Source: a virus
Taxonomy: Duplodnaviria; Caudoviricetes
IMG/VR virus record: IMGVR_UViG_3300038406_000132
Span: 1-43,369 of that record
DNA: 43,369 nucleotides
Reading direction: 5' to 3' (one strand)
The notes under the pieces are model-generated. The model saw nothing but the letters and a program-made list of their open reading frames with translations. It was not told the DNA's origin and made no database searches. Position 1 is the stretch's first letter. Each line of letters opens with the position of its first letter. Below, piece after piece: positions 33,309 through 41,762 of this stretch. A program made the position numbers and the translations under genes.

Positions 33309-35691
33309 GCATTTGCTCCAGCGCGGCCATGTCGTCGGCTTCCTGCTTCGATCTTATGTCATTGATCGCGGCCATGATGTCCTTCTTACCGGCAATCATA
33401 GCATTGGCTTCTTCATGCGCCAATTTCTGCTTGTGATCTTCTTCCTTGTGCTGCAGGTTCTGCACATGTTTTTCTTGATCAGCCTGCAGTTTGAACTGTG
33501 AGTCCGCCACCTTGATCGGGTCCGGCCCCGGCGGCTGCTCTGGTTCCGGCTGCATGTTCGGCAATCCCGGCATCTGCATGAACTGCGCCGAGGCTTGCGC
33601 GGCAAGCCGGCCGATATGATCGCCCATCGCCGGCGGGATCATGATGCCGGTTTCCGAGCCGGAGGCTTTCGCGTCGATCGACTGCGCCGGCACGCCAAGT
33701 GTCTGCATGTGGCGCGCATAGAGTGCCGCCATGTGTTCAGCCATATGCGCCTTCATCACCGGCAGCAGCATTTCCTGAGCTTCGAGGTTGCCGCCAAAGC
33801 CTGGATGCATCATGAACGCCAGATGCACCTGGATATGCGCCATGTGATCCTGCTCGGGGAAGACCTTGACCGGCTTGCCGACGAGGAACGCCTGATTCTC
33901 TGAGACCGGATCGAGCGGCTGCATCGCCTCGTTGTTCAGCATCATCTCGTCAACGCCTGGCATGCGCAGCGCTTCGAGCAGGGCCTTGACCGTCGTGCGG
34001 CGGTCCATGATGCCGGGGTTCTCGACGGCGAGCTGATAGGCAGCCTGCGCCAGCGCCACGCGCTGTGTCTGCGAGAAGATATTCGGGTCCGAGACCGGAA
34101 CGACGCTGATGCCGGGGGCAAAATCCTCCTTGAAGACTTCGCGCTCGTCGCCGTCTACATCGTAGGGGTAGCCTTCTTCCGGCATGAACTCGCGGGCGAG
34201 ATCGTAGCGGATCTTGTGCTCATGCGCTGCGGAGTGATGCAAGCCGCGGTGAATGGCGGAGAAGACCTTCGAGCCTTGCTCGATCAGCGCAACCGTCGTG
34301 CCGACCGGGGAATTCGTTGGCGCATCGCCGGTGAGCGCCTCGGTCGTGGATGAAAACCGCTGTCCGGCCTCGACGAGGAACCCGAGCATCTGGAACAGGA
34401 CGTTGCTCGGCTCCTTGAACGGCGGCGTGAAGAACGCTTTCGACATGTCGTCCGCCGACACATCGACCGGCTTCCAGACACCGGGCTCGATCACAACCCG
34501 GCCTTCGCCGAGCTTCTTGCCTTCCTTGGTCTTGAAGCCGCCTTGCAGCGACGCCGTTGCCGCGCCGTCGAGAATGACGCGCAGCGCGCCGGTCGCCGCC
34601 TCGCTCAATCCGCCGATCAGATGGAACAGGCCGAAATCATAGATGCCGAAGCCGGGAATATAGCCGTATTTCGTGAAGTAGACCACGCGCTCCTTGAGCC
34701 GGTCGGTTTCCTTCCAGTTCCTGTAGACAGAGAGGATCTTGCGGCTGGCCTTGTCGATCGTGATCAGATACGGCAGGGCAACGCCGGTCTCGCGGCCGCT
34801 GTCATTGACATCGGCAAAGCCGGGCAGGTCATACTCGATGGCGCATTCGTAGATCTCGTGACGCGCATCGTCGATATCGTCCTGAATGAGATCGATGTCG
34901 GTGGCGTTTGCTTTCAGCTCCCTGACTTCATCGTCAAGGTCGCCGGGCATCGGTGACGCCAGTTCGCAGTCGATCCAGAACCCGGCTGACATCAGTTTCC
35001 TGACCTCGTTGCGGGTCTTCATCATCCGGTGAGTAAAGCGCGGGCTTTCCTCAAGCGTCGATGCGCCATAAGGGATGATCAGGTCTTCAGCGCCGACAAG
35101 CCGGCCACATGTGCGATCGAGCGTGTAGTCACGCCATGTCTTGATGAAGGCACAACCCTGGTAGGGCACTGACATCAGCAGACGGGACTTTTCGGCGTAG
35201 TAAGGCTTGTCCTCGACGAGGCACTGGTAGTTGAGGTAATCTTCAATGCGCTGGGCGCGGGCAACCTTCTCCGGCGTCTTCTCGCCGAGGACGGCAGCCT
35301 TGATCGGACCATCTGACGGCAGGATCTCGGGCAGGGCTCTGGCCCAGAACTGCACCATTGCTTCGGTGATCAGCGGATGCACCGCGGTCGAGGCGCCAGG
35401 GAACGGGCCGTCATCCATGTCGGATTCGTGCAGGCCCATCAGTTCGAGGCCGCGGCGGAACCGGTCGATCCACGGCTTGCGCGCTTCGATGTCGTATTCT
35501 ATCTTGCGCAGGATATCGTCGGCAATCCGGGCAAGCTCGTTGTCCCCCATATACATGGCGAGGTTCTCGCCGAACTTGGGGTCAACCTTGGCGAACGGAT
35601 CATCCTCGACGGCCACAGCTTCGCCGTCTATGATCTCGTATAGATCCGGCAGCGTCTCGCCGGTGATGTCTATGGTGAGGTCTTCAGCCAT
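33271..35691 (-). CDS. portal protein (806 aa)
   Basis: PFPGASTAVHPLITEAMVQF, PFKEPS, PVGTTVALIEQG, PVSDPN and QDHMAHIQVH; follows terL. Confidence 0.9.
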   Translation of the reverse strand: MAEDLTIDITGETLPDLYEIIDGEAVAVEDDPFAKVDPKFGENLAMYMGDNELARIADDILRKIEYDIEARKPWIDRFRRGLELMGLHESDMDDGPFPGASTAVHPLITEAMVQFWARALPEILPSDGPIKAAVLGEKTPEKVARAQRIEDYLNYQCLVEDKPYYAEKSRLLMSVPYQGCAFIKTWRDYTLDRTCGRLVGAEDLIIPYGASTLEESPRFTHRMMKTRNEVRKLMSAGFWIDCELASPMPGDLDDEVRELKANATDIDLIQDDIDDARHEIYECAIEYDLPGFADVNDSGRETGVALPYLITIDKASRKILSVYRNWKETDRLKERVVYFTKYGYIPGFGIYDFGLFHLIGGLSEAATGALRVILDGAATASLQGGFKTKEGKKLGEGRVVIEPGVWKPVDVSADDMSKAFFTPPFKEPSNVLFQMLGFLVEAGQRFSSTTEALTGDAPTNSPVGTTVALIEQGSKVFSAIHRGLHHSAAHEHKIRYDLAREFMPEEGYPYDVDGDEREVFKEDFAPGISVVPVSDPNIFSQTQRVALAQAAYQLAVENPGIMDRRTTVKALLEALRMPGVDEMMLNNEAMQPLDPVSENQAFLVGKPVKVFPEQDHMAHIQVHLAFMMHPGFGGNLEAQEMLLPVMKAHMAEHMAALYARHMQTLGVPAQSIDAKASGSETGIMIPPAMGDHIGRLAAQASAQFMQMPGLPNMQPEPEQPPGPDPIKVADSQFKLQADQEKHVQNLQHKEEDHKQKLAHEEANAMIAGKKDIMAAINDIRSKQEADDMAALEQMLANLPTDGVAPN

Positions 35692-35768
35692 GTGAAATGG
35701 CTCCGGGGATTGAGCCCAGAGTGAAAATGTTCTGCATGATGTGGGAGTGTGTTCCTAGTCTTGTGCGC

Positions 35769-36074
35769 TCATGGCGCGGCGCGTCGGCCAGCATCTGCGA
35801 TTGCATACAGACGCCTCAAATCCTCGTAGCTTACTTCAGTCTTCACGGCGGGCACGATCGTCACGCTTGACAAAGCAGCCTTGATCCGTTCCATAAACTG
35901 ATCTTCTTCAGCCTCTTCGGCTATGCGTTGCTGAATTTTTGCATCGTGATCGGCTTTCATCCGATCGTATTCCGGATCGCCGGAGCGGGTGACTTTGCCG
36001 GTCTCGAAATCGGAAAACGTTCCCTCTTCCTTGACGTGTACAAGCCCGAAACCAACTAGTTCGTCGTCGCTCAT
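35769..36074 (-). CDS. hypothetical protein (101 aa), N-terminus paralogous to 32340..32705
   Basis: ATGA coupling; LVGFGLVHVKEEGTFSDFETGKV. Confidence 0.7.
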   Translation of the reverse strand: MSDDELVGFGLVHVKEEGTFSDFETGKVTRSGDPEYDRMKADHDAKIQQRIAEEAEEDQFMERIKAALSSVTIVPAVKTEVSYEDLRRLYAIADAGRRAAP

Positions 36075-36355
36075 GCTTTCGCCTCAGCCCTCTTCTTGCG
36101 CATCCGGCACGCTGCCGAGCAAATCGTTGCATCGGCGCGTTTCGCTTCGAATGGCTTGTTACAGATAACACATATCTTATCTGTAACGGAAGTATCTGTC
36201 ACGCGTTTATCTGTAACATGAGACTTCACTGCGGCCTTGGCCGCGTTCAGCTTCGCCTGCTTGGCAACAGGCTTGCGAGCGATCTGCCTTTCAGCATATT
36301 GCCGCTCGCGCATTTCTCGGAGCTGCGCTTCTTTCGGACCGATGGCGGCCATCAA
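36071..36355 (-). CDS. small basic zinc-finger protein (94 aa)
   Basis: CVICNKPFEAKRADATICSAACR, preceded by three VTD repeats. Confidence 0.75.
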   Translation of the reverse strand: MMAAIGPKEAQLREMRERQYAERQIARKPVAKQAKLNAAKAAVKSHVTDKRVTDTSVTDKICVICNKPFEAKRADATICSAACRMRKKRAEAKA

Positions 36356-38028
36356 TTCAACGCCTCACTTATAATATCCTGCCTGCGCCCTGTAGCGCGG
36401 CCATACAGCCTGCGTGAACGGCTTTCTTCAAAGGCGTGCTGTTCGATCTCGACGCGCTCTTCGTCGCTGTCAGGCTCGTCCAGCGGCACCATGAGATGGA
36501 AATGCCGTCTCAGATAGATCAGCATCATCGTGATGGTGTCGGTGTAATCGTCGTACTGGCCGAACGGGAACTGCGCGGCCTCGGCGATGACATCCTCGGC
36601 CCAGCCTCGATCAGGATACCAGACGCAGCCTTGTCCCAGCGGGATCGAAGCGGAATGTGCACGCGGCACCTTGCTCTTTGCGCCTTGCGGACCCGGAGGC
36701 AGCCAGGCTTTGACCGGAATGCCGGCACGGCGCATTTCCTGTATGAGCTGATGGCCGGATGCTCGTTTCTCAACGAGAACGTAATCCGGTTCGAACTTCT
36801 CGTAAAGCTGCTTGGCAGGCCCGGGGGCAATGCGCCCTTGCGCGTCACGATCATAGAGCAGGCTTGCGGCTTCAACGCGGCCTTTCCATGCGCCAAGCAG
36901 GATGATATGGGCATGCTCATATTCCCGGCCGTCAAGACCGACTGCAACCGAGTTGAACAGTCCCCATGTCGTGCAGGCCGAGTAATCGTTCTGCTCTTCA
37001 TCCTCGATCGCTGTATCCCAGCATTGGAAGATGAGCGAGCACTTGGGCAGTTCAGGCTTGCTCCACAAGCGCCAGCGGGAGCGCTTCAGGATAACGCCGT
37101 CGTCTTCCGCGGGCTTTTGCAGATACTGCGCGGCGAATGAGCGCTCGGTGAGCGTTGCCCGGCTGCGTTCGAGTTCCTTCATCGGGAACCGGCGCGGCGC
37201 AAAGCTTTCTCCCGCCTGAAGCTCGATGCGCTGGCGTGAGACCAGAATATCGGTGCCGGAGATCTCGTTAACCTGATCGGCGGTCGGCTGATCCAGATAG
37301 GCGGGCACCGAGATGATGCGCCACTTGTCCGCCTTGGGATTGTTGCGCATTTCTTCAAGCAGACGGCCGGGCACATCGTCGAATGCCCAGCGCGTGCCGA
37401 CCAGAATGATCGCATTGCGTTCGAGCTGGCGCCGTGTGTAGAAGCCGTTGCGATACCAGAACTCGGCCTTGTCCTTCATGCGTTGAGACTCGGCATGCTG
37501 TTCTGATATCAGGTCATCGCCAATGCCGAGATTGAAGCCAAGTCCGGCAATGCTCTTGCCCGTTCCGGCAGCGACGTATTCGCCGGGCTCCATGCCCTCG
37601 CGCTGGATCAGTTTCCAGTGGCGTTCACCGCCCTTGTCCGGTATGCTCTCAGGGAAAATATCCTGATAAGCCTTGGATTTCATCAGCTCCTGGACAAGGG
37701 AGCCGAACCGGCCGGCCAGATCCATCGAATGCGAGCAGGTCATCACCTTGTCAGATGGGAAATGACCGAGATACCATGCCGGGAACAGGACGTTTACCAG
37801 CGTGCTCTTGCCAGATCTAGGCGAGAGGAAGATCATCAGCCGATCGTTGCGGCCGAATACGATGTCCTCAAGCGCCCTGGCAATCAGGACATGGACTTCC
37901 TCGATTACAAAGAACGGCGCAACGGCGCGCACGAAGTCGAGGAACGAATGACGGGCCAGTGCGGCGGTTAGCCTATCAAGTGGCTCCTGTGAGAATGCCG
38001 CTGCACGGCTACGCTTTACCGTTGCCAT
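36352..38028 (-). CDS. terL: terminase large subunit
   Basis: Walker A SPRSGKST, Walker B IGDDL, motif III VGTRW, nuclease WDTA..DYSA..DDYTD. Confidence 0.95.
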   Translation of the reverse strand: MATVKRSRAAAFSQEPLDRLTAALARHSFLDFVRAVAPFFVIEEVHVLIARALEDIVFGRNDRLMIFLSPRSGKSTLVNVLFPAWYLGHFPSDKVMTCSHSMDLAGRFGSLVQELMKSKAYQDIFPESIPDKGGERHWKLIQREGMEPGEYVAAGTGKSIAGLGFNLGIGDDLISEQHAESQRMKDKAEFWYRNGFYTRRQLERNAIILVGTRWAFDDVPGRLLEEMRNNPKADKWRIISVPAYLDQPTADQVNEISGTDILVSRQRIELQAGESFAPRRFPMKELERSRATLTERSFAAQYLQKPAEDDGVILKRSRWRLWSKPELPKCSLIFQCWDTAIEDEEQNDYSACTTWGLFNSVAVGLDGREYEHAHIILLGAWKGRVEAASLLYDRDAQGRIAPGPAKQLYEKFEPDYVLVEKRASGHQLIQEMRRAGIPVKAWLPPGPQGAKSKVPRAHSASIPLGQGCVWYPDRGWAEDVIAEAAQFPFGQYDDYTDTITMMLIYLRRHFHLMVPLDEPDSDEERVEIEQHAFEESRSRRLYGRATGRRQDIISEALN

Positions 38029-38554
38029 TGTGGCGGCTGATGCCGTTCGTTCCTGGCTTGTCGCCTGTTGCCAACGATATCAGTTCTCCCATATCCACCG
38101 GATTGCCGGCGCGGCGCTGTGCTTCAAGCAACGCGGCGATCAATGCCGCTGCATTGTTGCTGTAAGACTTGAGAAGCGCGTTATTAATAGCTGTTTCGGC
38201 GTCGGTATCTCGTGGTTTTGGATCTCCGTAGTCCTCACGGAAGCGGGCGCTGACGCACTTGTTCCAGAGGTTGGCGTTGAATTCACGGTTTTCCAAGTTG
38301 TTTTGAGCCTGATTTTCCCACCACGCCTGCTCTGCCTCTTTGGCCCGCGACAAAGCTGTCCGAAATTCTGGATGCTCATCTCCCCAGCGGAGCAGGGTTG
38401 TTCGCGGAATATCGATGATGCAAGATATCTGGACGAGACTTTTACCCGCCGTGCCGAGATCAACAATTTTTGCGCAAATCTCCGCCTTGTACTCGGGCTC
38501 ATCCATAAGCGATGGGCGTCCAACGGCTTGTGATCCATCAGGCTTTTTCGGCAT
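38009..38554 (-). CDS. terS: terminase small subunit (about 181 aa)
   Basis: GRPS..Y..EICAKI..GKSL..I..RTTLLRW..HPEF..A...QAWWE pattern; overlaps the terL start. Confidence 0.85.
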   Translation of the reverse strand: MPKKPDGSQAVGRPSLMDEPEYKAEICAKIVDLGTAGKSLVQISCIIDIPRTTLLRWGDEHPEFRTALSRAKEAEQAWWENQAQNNLENREFNANLWNKCVSARFREDYGDPKPRDTDAETAINNALLKSYSNNAAALIAALLEAQRRAGNPVDMGELISLATGDKPGTNGISRHNGNGKA

Positions 38555-38975
38555 CGAACACCAGTTCAGCATTGGCGAGCAGTCGCATGAGGTCACGCGC
38601 CATTTTCTCGGCTAGCGTTTCATTTTCGAAACGGATGGTTATATTGTCTTTCGCGCCGTCAGCCAGTTCCTCGACAAGCTCAACGATGTAAGGCTCCCCG
38701 TTCATGCCGGATTCCTTGTGGATGTTGAGAGTGAGGTTCTTTGGCTTGGTGCGAAAGGTGACGGTTTTTGGTTTCAATTCCTCATCCTTGAGAGAAGCGC
38801 GGTGGGCACGCTCTGCATCAATCCGGCGCTGCTGTTCGCATAACAGTCTTTGCTGCATGGCGATGGTCCTGAAGTTGGCGTCGATCACCTTCTTCTGCGT
38901 TAGGACGAGATCGACCTTCGTTGCCACAAGTTCAAGTAATGTGCGTTGGAGCCAGTAGGCTAGAAACTCACTCAT
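38538..38975 (-). CDS. hypothetical coiled-coil protein (145 aa)
   Basis: Overlaps both neighbours; AAGGAG SD. Confidence 0.6.
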   Translation of the reverse strand: MSEFLAYWLQRTLLELVATKVDLVLTQKKVIDANFRTIAMQQRLLCEQQRRIDAERAHRASLKDEELKPKTVTFRTKPKNLTLNIHKESGMNGEPYIVELVEELADGAKDNITIRFENETLAEKMARDLMRLLANAELVFDAEKA

Positions 38976-39150
38976 CGGTCAAGCTCCTTGAGCTTGGCGC
39001 GGGCGGAATTTTGGTAACGCCTTCATCATCCACGCGAAAGATCGCCGTTTCCTTGCCAGTCTCAATTACAGCGATGTTTTCCGGCAAAGTCGGATCGATG
39101 GTGATCTTGCAGCCAAGATATTCCGCAAGCTTCAAACTGTACTCGCTCAT
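38968..39150 (-). CDS. hypothetical protein (60 aa)
   Basis: AAGGAG SD; tight packing. Confidence 0.6.
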   Translation of the reverse strand: MSEYSLKLAEYLGCKITIDPTLPENIAVIETGKETAIFRVDDEGVTKIPPAPSSRSLTDE

Positions 39151-39153
39151 TAG

Positions 39154-39414
39154 CTAAGCTCCTTGCGCGGGCGGATCAGGCAATGGCATCCAATGTGTTG
39201 GCGCGCTCCAAGTGTAATTCCCGTCTTTTGCGAACACCCATGCGCGACCGCCGTCTTCTTCGGGACGCCAGATGTCCCAAAGGATTATTGCCCACCAATG
39301 ATCGCCAGCCTCAACGCCACGCTGAGCATCTTTCGGCCTATGCGTGTGGCGTCCGTATGCCAGAAATGCGCTCCCGTCTTTCGGCGCGATTTCGATTGGC
39401 TGCCACTCGCTCAT
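39154..39414 (-). CDS. DUF551-like protein
   Basis: MSEWQPIEIAPKDG...PTHWMPLPDPP signature; AAGGAG SD. Confidence 0.85.
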   Translation of the reverse strand: MSEWQPIEIAPKDGSAFLAYGRHTHRPKDAQRGVEAGDHWWAIILWDIWRPEEDGGRAWVFAKDGNYTWSAPTHWMPLPDPPAQGA

Positions 39415-39451
39415 TTACTGCTCCTTGCCCGGTGTATGGAGAGGCGCGCGA

Positions 39452-39658
39452 TCATGGATGAAGCTCCTTCACCTTAGCGCGCAACTCAAGATATGCCCAT
39501 ACAACTGGCCCCGGCGTCTGGCGGCCCGTCGCCCATCGGCTTATCGTGTTGGCTGGCGTGTCGATATCGCGGGCCAACTGCGCCTGCTTGATGCCGATGC
39601 GGTCGAGCAGAGCTTTAAACCGGCGCGCACTTGCCAGATCGGGTGATTCCTTTGACAT
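39452..39658 (-). CDS. XRE-family HTH regulator (68 aa, probably leaderless)
   Basis: LLDRIGIKQAQLARDIDTPANTISRWATGRQTPGP; TATAAT 6 nt before the ATG. Confidence 0.85.
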   Translation of the reverse strand: MSKESPDLASARRFKALLDRIGIKQAQLARDIDTPANTISRWATGRQTPGPVVWAYLELRAKVKELHP

Positions 39659-39664
39659 GAGCCG

Positions 39665-39762
39665 ATTATACACTGCGCTGATGCCAAGTGCACGATTTTT
39701 CTACACTGCGACTGATTTTCTCACGAAAACCTATTGACTTTTATCTACGCTGCGCCTATATT
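39665..39762. promoter_or_regulatory. divergent promoter region with three TAC(A/G)CTGCG direct repeats
   Basis: + strand TTGACT-17-TATATT (39734-39762); - strand TATAAT (39670-39665); repeats at 39669-39677, 39702-39710 and 39746-39754. Confidence 0.7.
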
Positions 39763-39888
39763 CTAATCATCAGCCACGGACACCGACCTGGGACGTGCAG
39801 TCTAACAAACGGTCTCAGGTGCTACTCAGCAAAAACTGGCGGCAAAACGATCTCTCTTCAAGGCGATTTCAACCTTGGAGGAATGACT

Positions 39889-40137
39889 ATGACTAGATAC
39901 CGCAACAGTTTTCACAAACCATCAGACGCGACTTATGGTCCAGAGTTCTATGAAACCAATGCAAAACCTGTCGAGCATTGCGGACTGCTGATCTACCAGC
40001 GCCTGCCGAAGTGCTTTGATATCGTCGATGACGGCGTTTGCATTGGCCAGTACGCCGGAATCAACGGAGCAAAGAACGCCATCGAAACACGTTTCGGTCG
40101 CGTAACTACGCTACGAGAACTCGCTCTTGGCGAGTGA
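39889..40137 (+). CDS. small hypothetical protein (82 aa)
   Basis: GGAGG SD 7 nt before ATG; MTRYRNSFHKPSDATYGPEFYET... Confidence 0.75.
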   Translation: MTRYRNSFHKPSDATYGPEFYETNAKPVEHCGLLIYQRLPKCFDIVDDGVCIGQYAGINGAKNAIETRFGRVTTLRELALGE

Positions 40138-40141
40138 ACCC

Positions 40142-40261
40142 ATGACCTTCGATGAACTGTTTCGAGAGTTCAATATCACGCCTTCAGAGCGCAGGGAGTT
40201 AGTTTTTTATCTGGCTCATCTGCGCATGAAGAAGACTATTGAACGCCTGATGTCACCTTGA
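40142..40261 (+). CDS. 39-aa hypothetical protein
   Basis: MTFDELFREFNITPSERRELVFYLAHLRMKKTIERLMSP; 4 nt after the previous stop; below the ORF-track cutoff. Confidence 0.6.
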   Translation: MTFDELFREFNITPSERRELVFYLAHLRMKKTIERLMSP

Positions 40262-40352
40262 ACCCTCTCTTGGCGGCTCTTCGGAGTCGCCTTGAAGGGA
40301 GATCGATAAGCGAAAGCCTTCAAGGAATGATCTGAAACCCTTGGAGGACGAT

Positions 40353-40508
40353 ATGCAGACGCGGGAAATAGCGGAAAACATGGAAATTGCCATGAACATG
40401 TTAACGCAAATCGAAACTCAGGACATCAAGCTTGAAGAGCGCATTGCGGCGGCTATACAGGCCATCAAAGAAGCTCGACAGCACCTTTATTTGTCCACTT
40501 CCCCATGA
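40353..40508 (+). CDS. 51-aa helical hypothetical protein
   Basis: GGAGGA SD; MQTREIAENMEIAMNMLTQIETQDIKLEERIAAAIQAIKEARQHLYLSTSP. Confidence 0.7.
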   Translation: MQTREIAENMEIAMNMLTQIETQDIKLEERIAAAIQAIKEARQHLYLSTSP

Positions 40509-40579
40509 AGTTCCTCTCGGGACGGCCTTTACTGGTCGTTCCCTTGAAGGCTTTCGCAATCAGCAACAGGAGACTGAAA

Positions 40580-40744
40580 ATGCACATGAACATCAGATAT
40601 TGGCTCGACAGAAGCCTGCAAATCTATCTAAGCATCAACACGTTCGGCGTGTTTGTAAACCGTCGCCATGATGACGGCAGGTGGGGACATCACTTGGACT
40701 TGATCCACTTCCGTGTTGAAAATCTCAAAGGCAACGGCGGCTAA
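40580..40744 (+). CDS. 54-aa hypothetical protein
   Basis: AGGAG SD before ATG 40580, within ORF 40505..40744. Confidence 0.6.
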   Translation: MHMNIRYWLDRSLQIYLSINTFGVFVNRRHDDGRWGHHLDLIHFRVENLKGNGG

Positions 40745-40979
40745 TCAGGGAATACAGGACCGCGATTAGGTGGTGGCATAGAGCCGCGCATTTCATACCC
40801 CTCGGTTAAAAACCAGAAGCCGGTCCAGTGCGAATGGAACCGGCCTCTGGCTGGGCGGCGCAACAGTTCACAAGGATTTCTTGTGAACTGACGCTGAAGT
40901 CCAGTTGCGCCCGGACGCCTTGCCCCGTGTGCGGTATGCAACCAGGCCCCGGGGCACCTCACACGATCAACTGGGAAAC

Positions 40980-41339
40980 TTAATATTTCTTGATAGCTGC
41001 CGTCACTATACGGCAAGCCTCTTCCGCGATACCATAGCAGCCGTGAATGCAGGGGCCGAAATTTGGTTCGTGAACAATCTCTTCACACCGCTTGCATTCG
41101 CTATCAGGCAAATTCATGCGCAAGTAGCTGCACGCAGACCAGACAGCTTCGCGCGGCGGCTTTGGTTCCGCATAAATCTCGTCAGTTGACAACAACTGGC
41201 CTACGCAAATGTCGCAGTGAAAGCTCTTGCCCGTTCCGGGGTCATGCGCACAAGTCGGCACTCTTTCAAACGGTGGATTGACTCTGATCGATCTTGGTTT
41301 CAGGCCAATAACGTTGTCAGACCTTTGCTCATCCATCAA
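40980..41339 (-). CDS. Cys/His-rich hypothetical protein (119 aa)
   Basis: CAH, HCDIC, CKRC and CIHGC motifs suggest metal binding. Confidence 0.55.
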   Translation of the reverse strand: MMDEQRSDNVIGLKPRSIRVNPPFERVPTCAHDPGTGKSFHCDICVGQLLSTDEIYAEPKPPREAVWSACSYLRMNLPDSECKRCEEIVHEPNFGPCIHGCYGIAEEACRIVTAAIKKY

Positions 41340-41762
41340 AGGATTCTACCCTGATTACGTATATGCGCAAGAGTTTAGCGGCATCGGCGGAAATCAATCC
41401 ACTGCTCAAGATTTGATATACAAATCCCAGCGGTTTTCATGCAGAACCGTTTGGAATGGTTCGCCGAGCGGCTCCTGCTTCTGCGCGAGCGAGTTCAGAA
41501 ACCGAACAAGATCATGCCGCCACTTGATGCGGCGGTAGATGTTTTGCTGTTTGTCTGAAAGTATTTGCGTTGCAGGCATGGCGCAGAGACAATCCCGTCT
41601 TGCTCAAGATCATGATGACTGTGGTGAGGGAGTCTGGCCAGCGGCCGGAAGGCGCAATTTTCGACTGTAAGGAAATCCATTAACACAGAAATTTCCGCTT
41701 GACAAGTGTTTCACAAGAAAAAAAATCATGCCTGTGGATAACAGAAGTCTCCATAGGCTTTT

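Larger units (their letters stand above)
39848..40557. repeat. two consecutive long-range inverted repeat pairs sharing a CTTCAAGG core
   Basis: 39848-39866 vs 40287-40305 (18/19, mismatch is G-U compatible); 40310-40325 vs 40542-40557 (16/16). Confidence 0.9.

Noticed and set aside
39848-40557. Shufflon or MITE interpretation of the inverted repeats
   Set aside because: No recombinase or transposase in the window, no target-site duplication seen, and strand-specific G-U pairs favour RNA structure; kept only as a minor alternative
40741-41016. 91-aa minus-strand ORF
   Set aside because: No SD, overlaps the upstream ORF, composition unconvincing; may be non-coding
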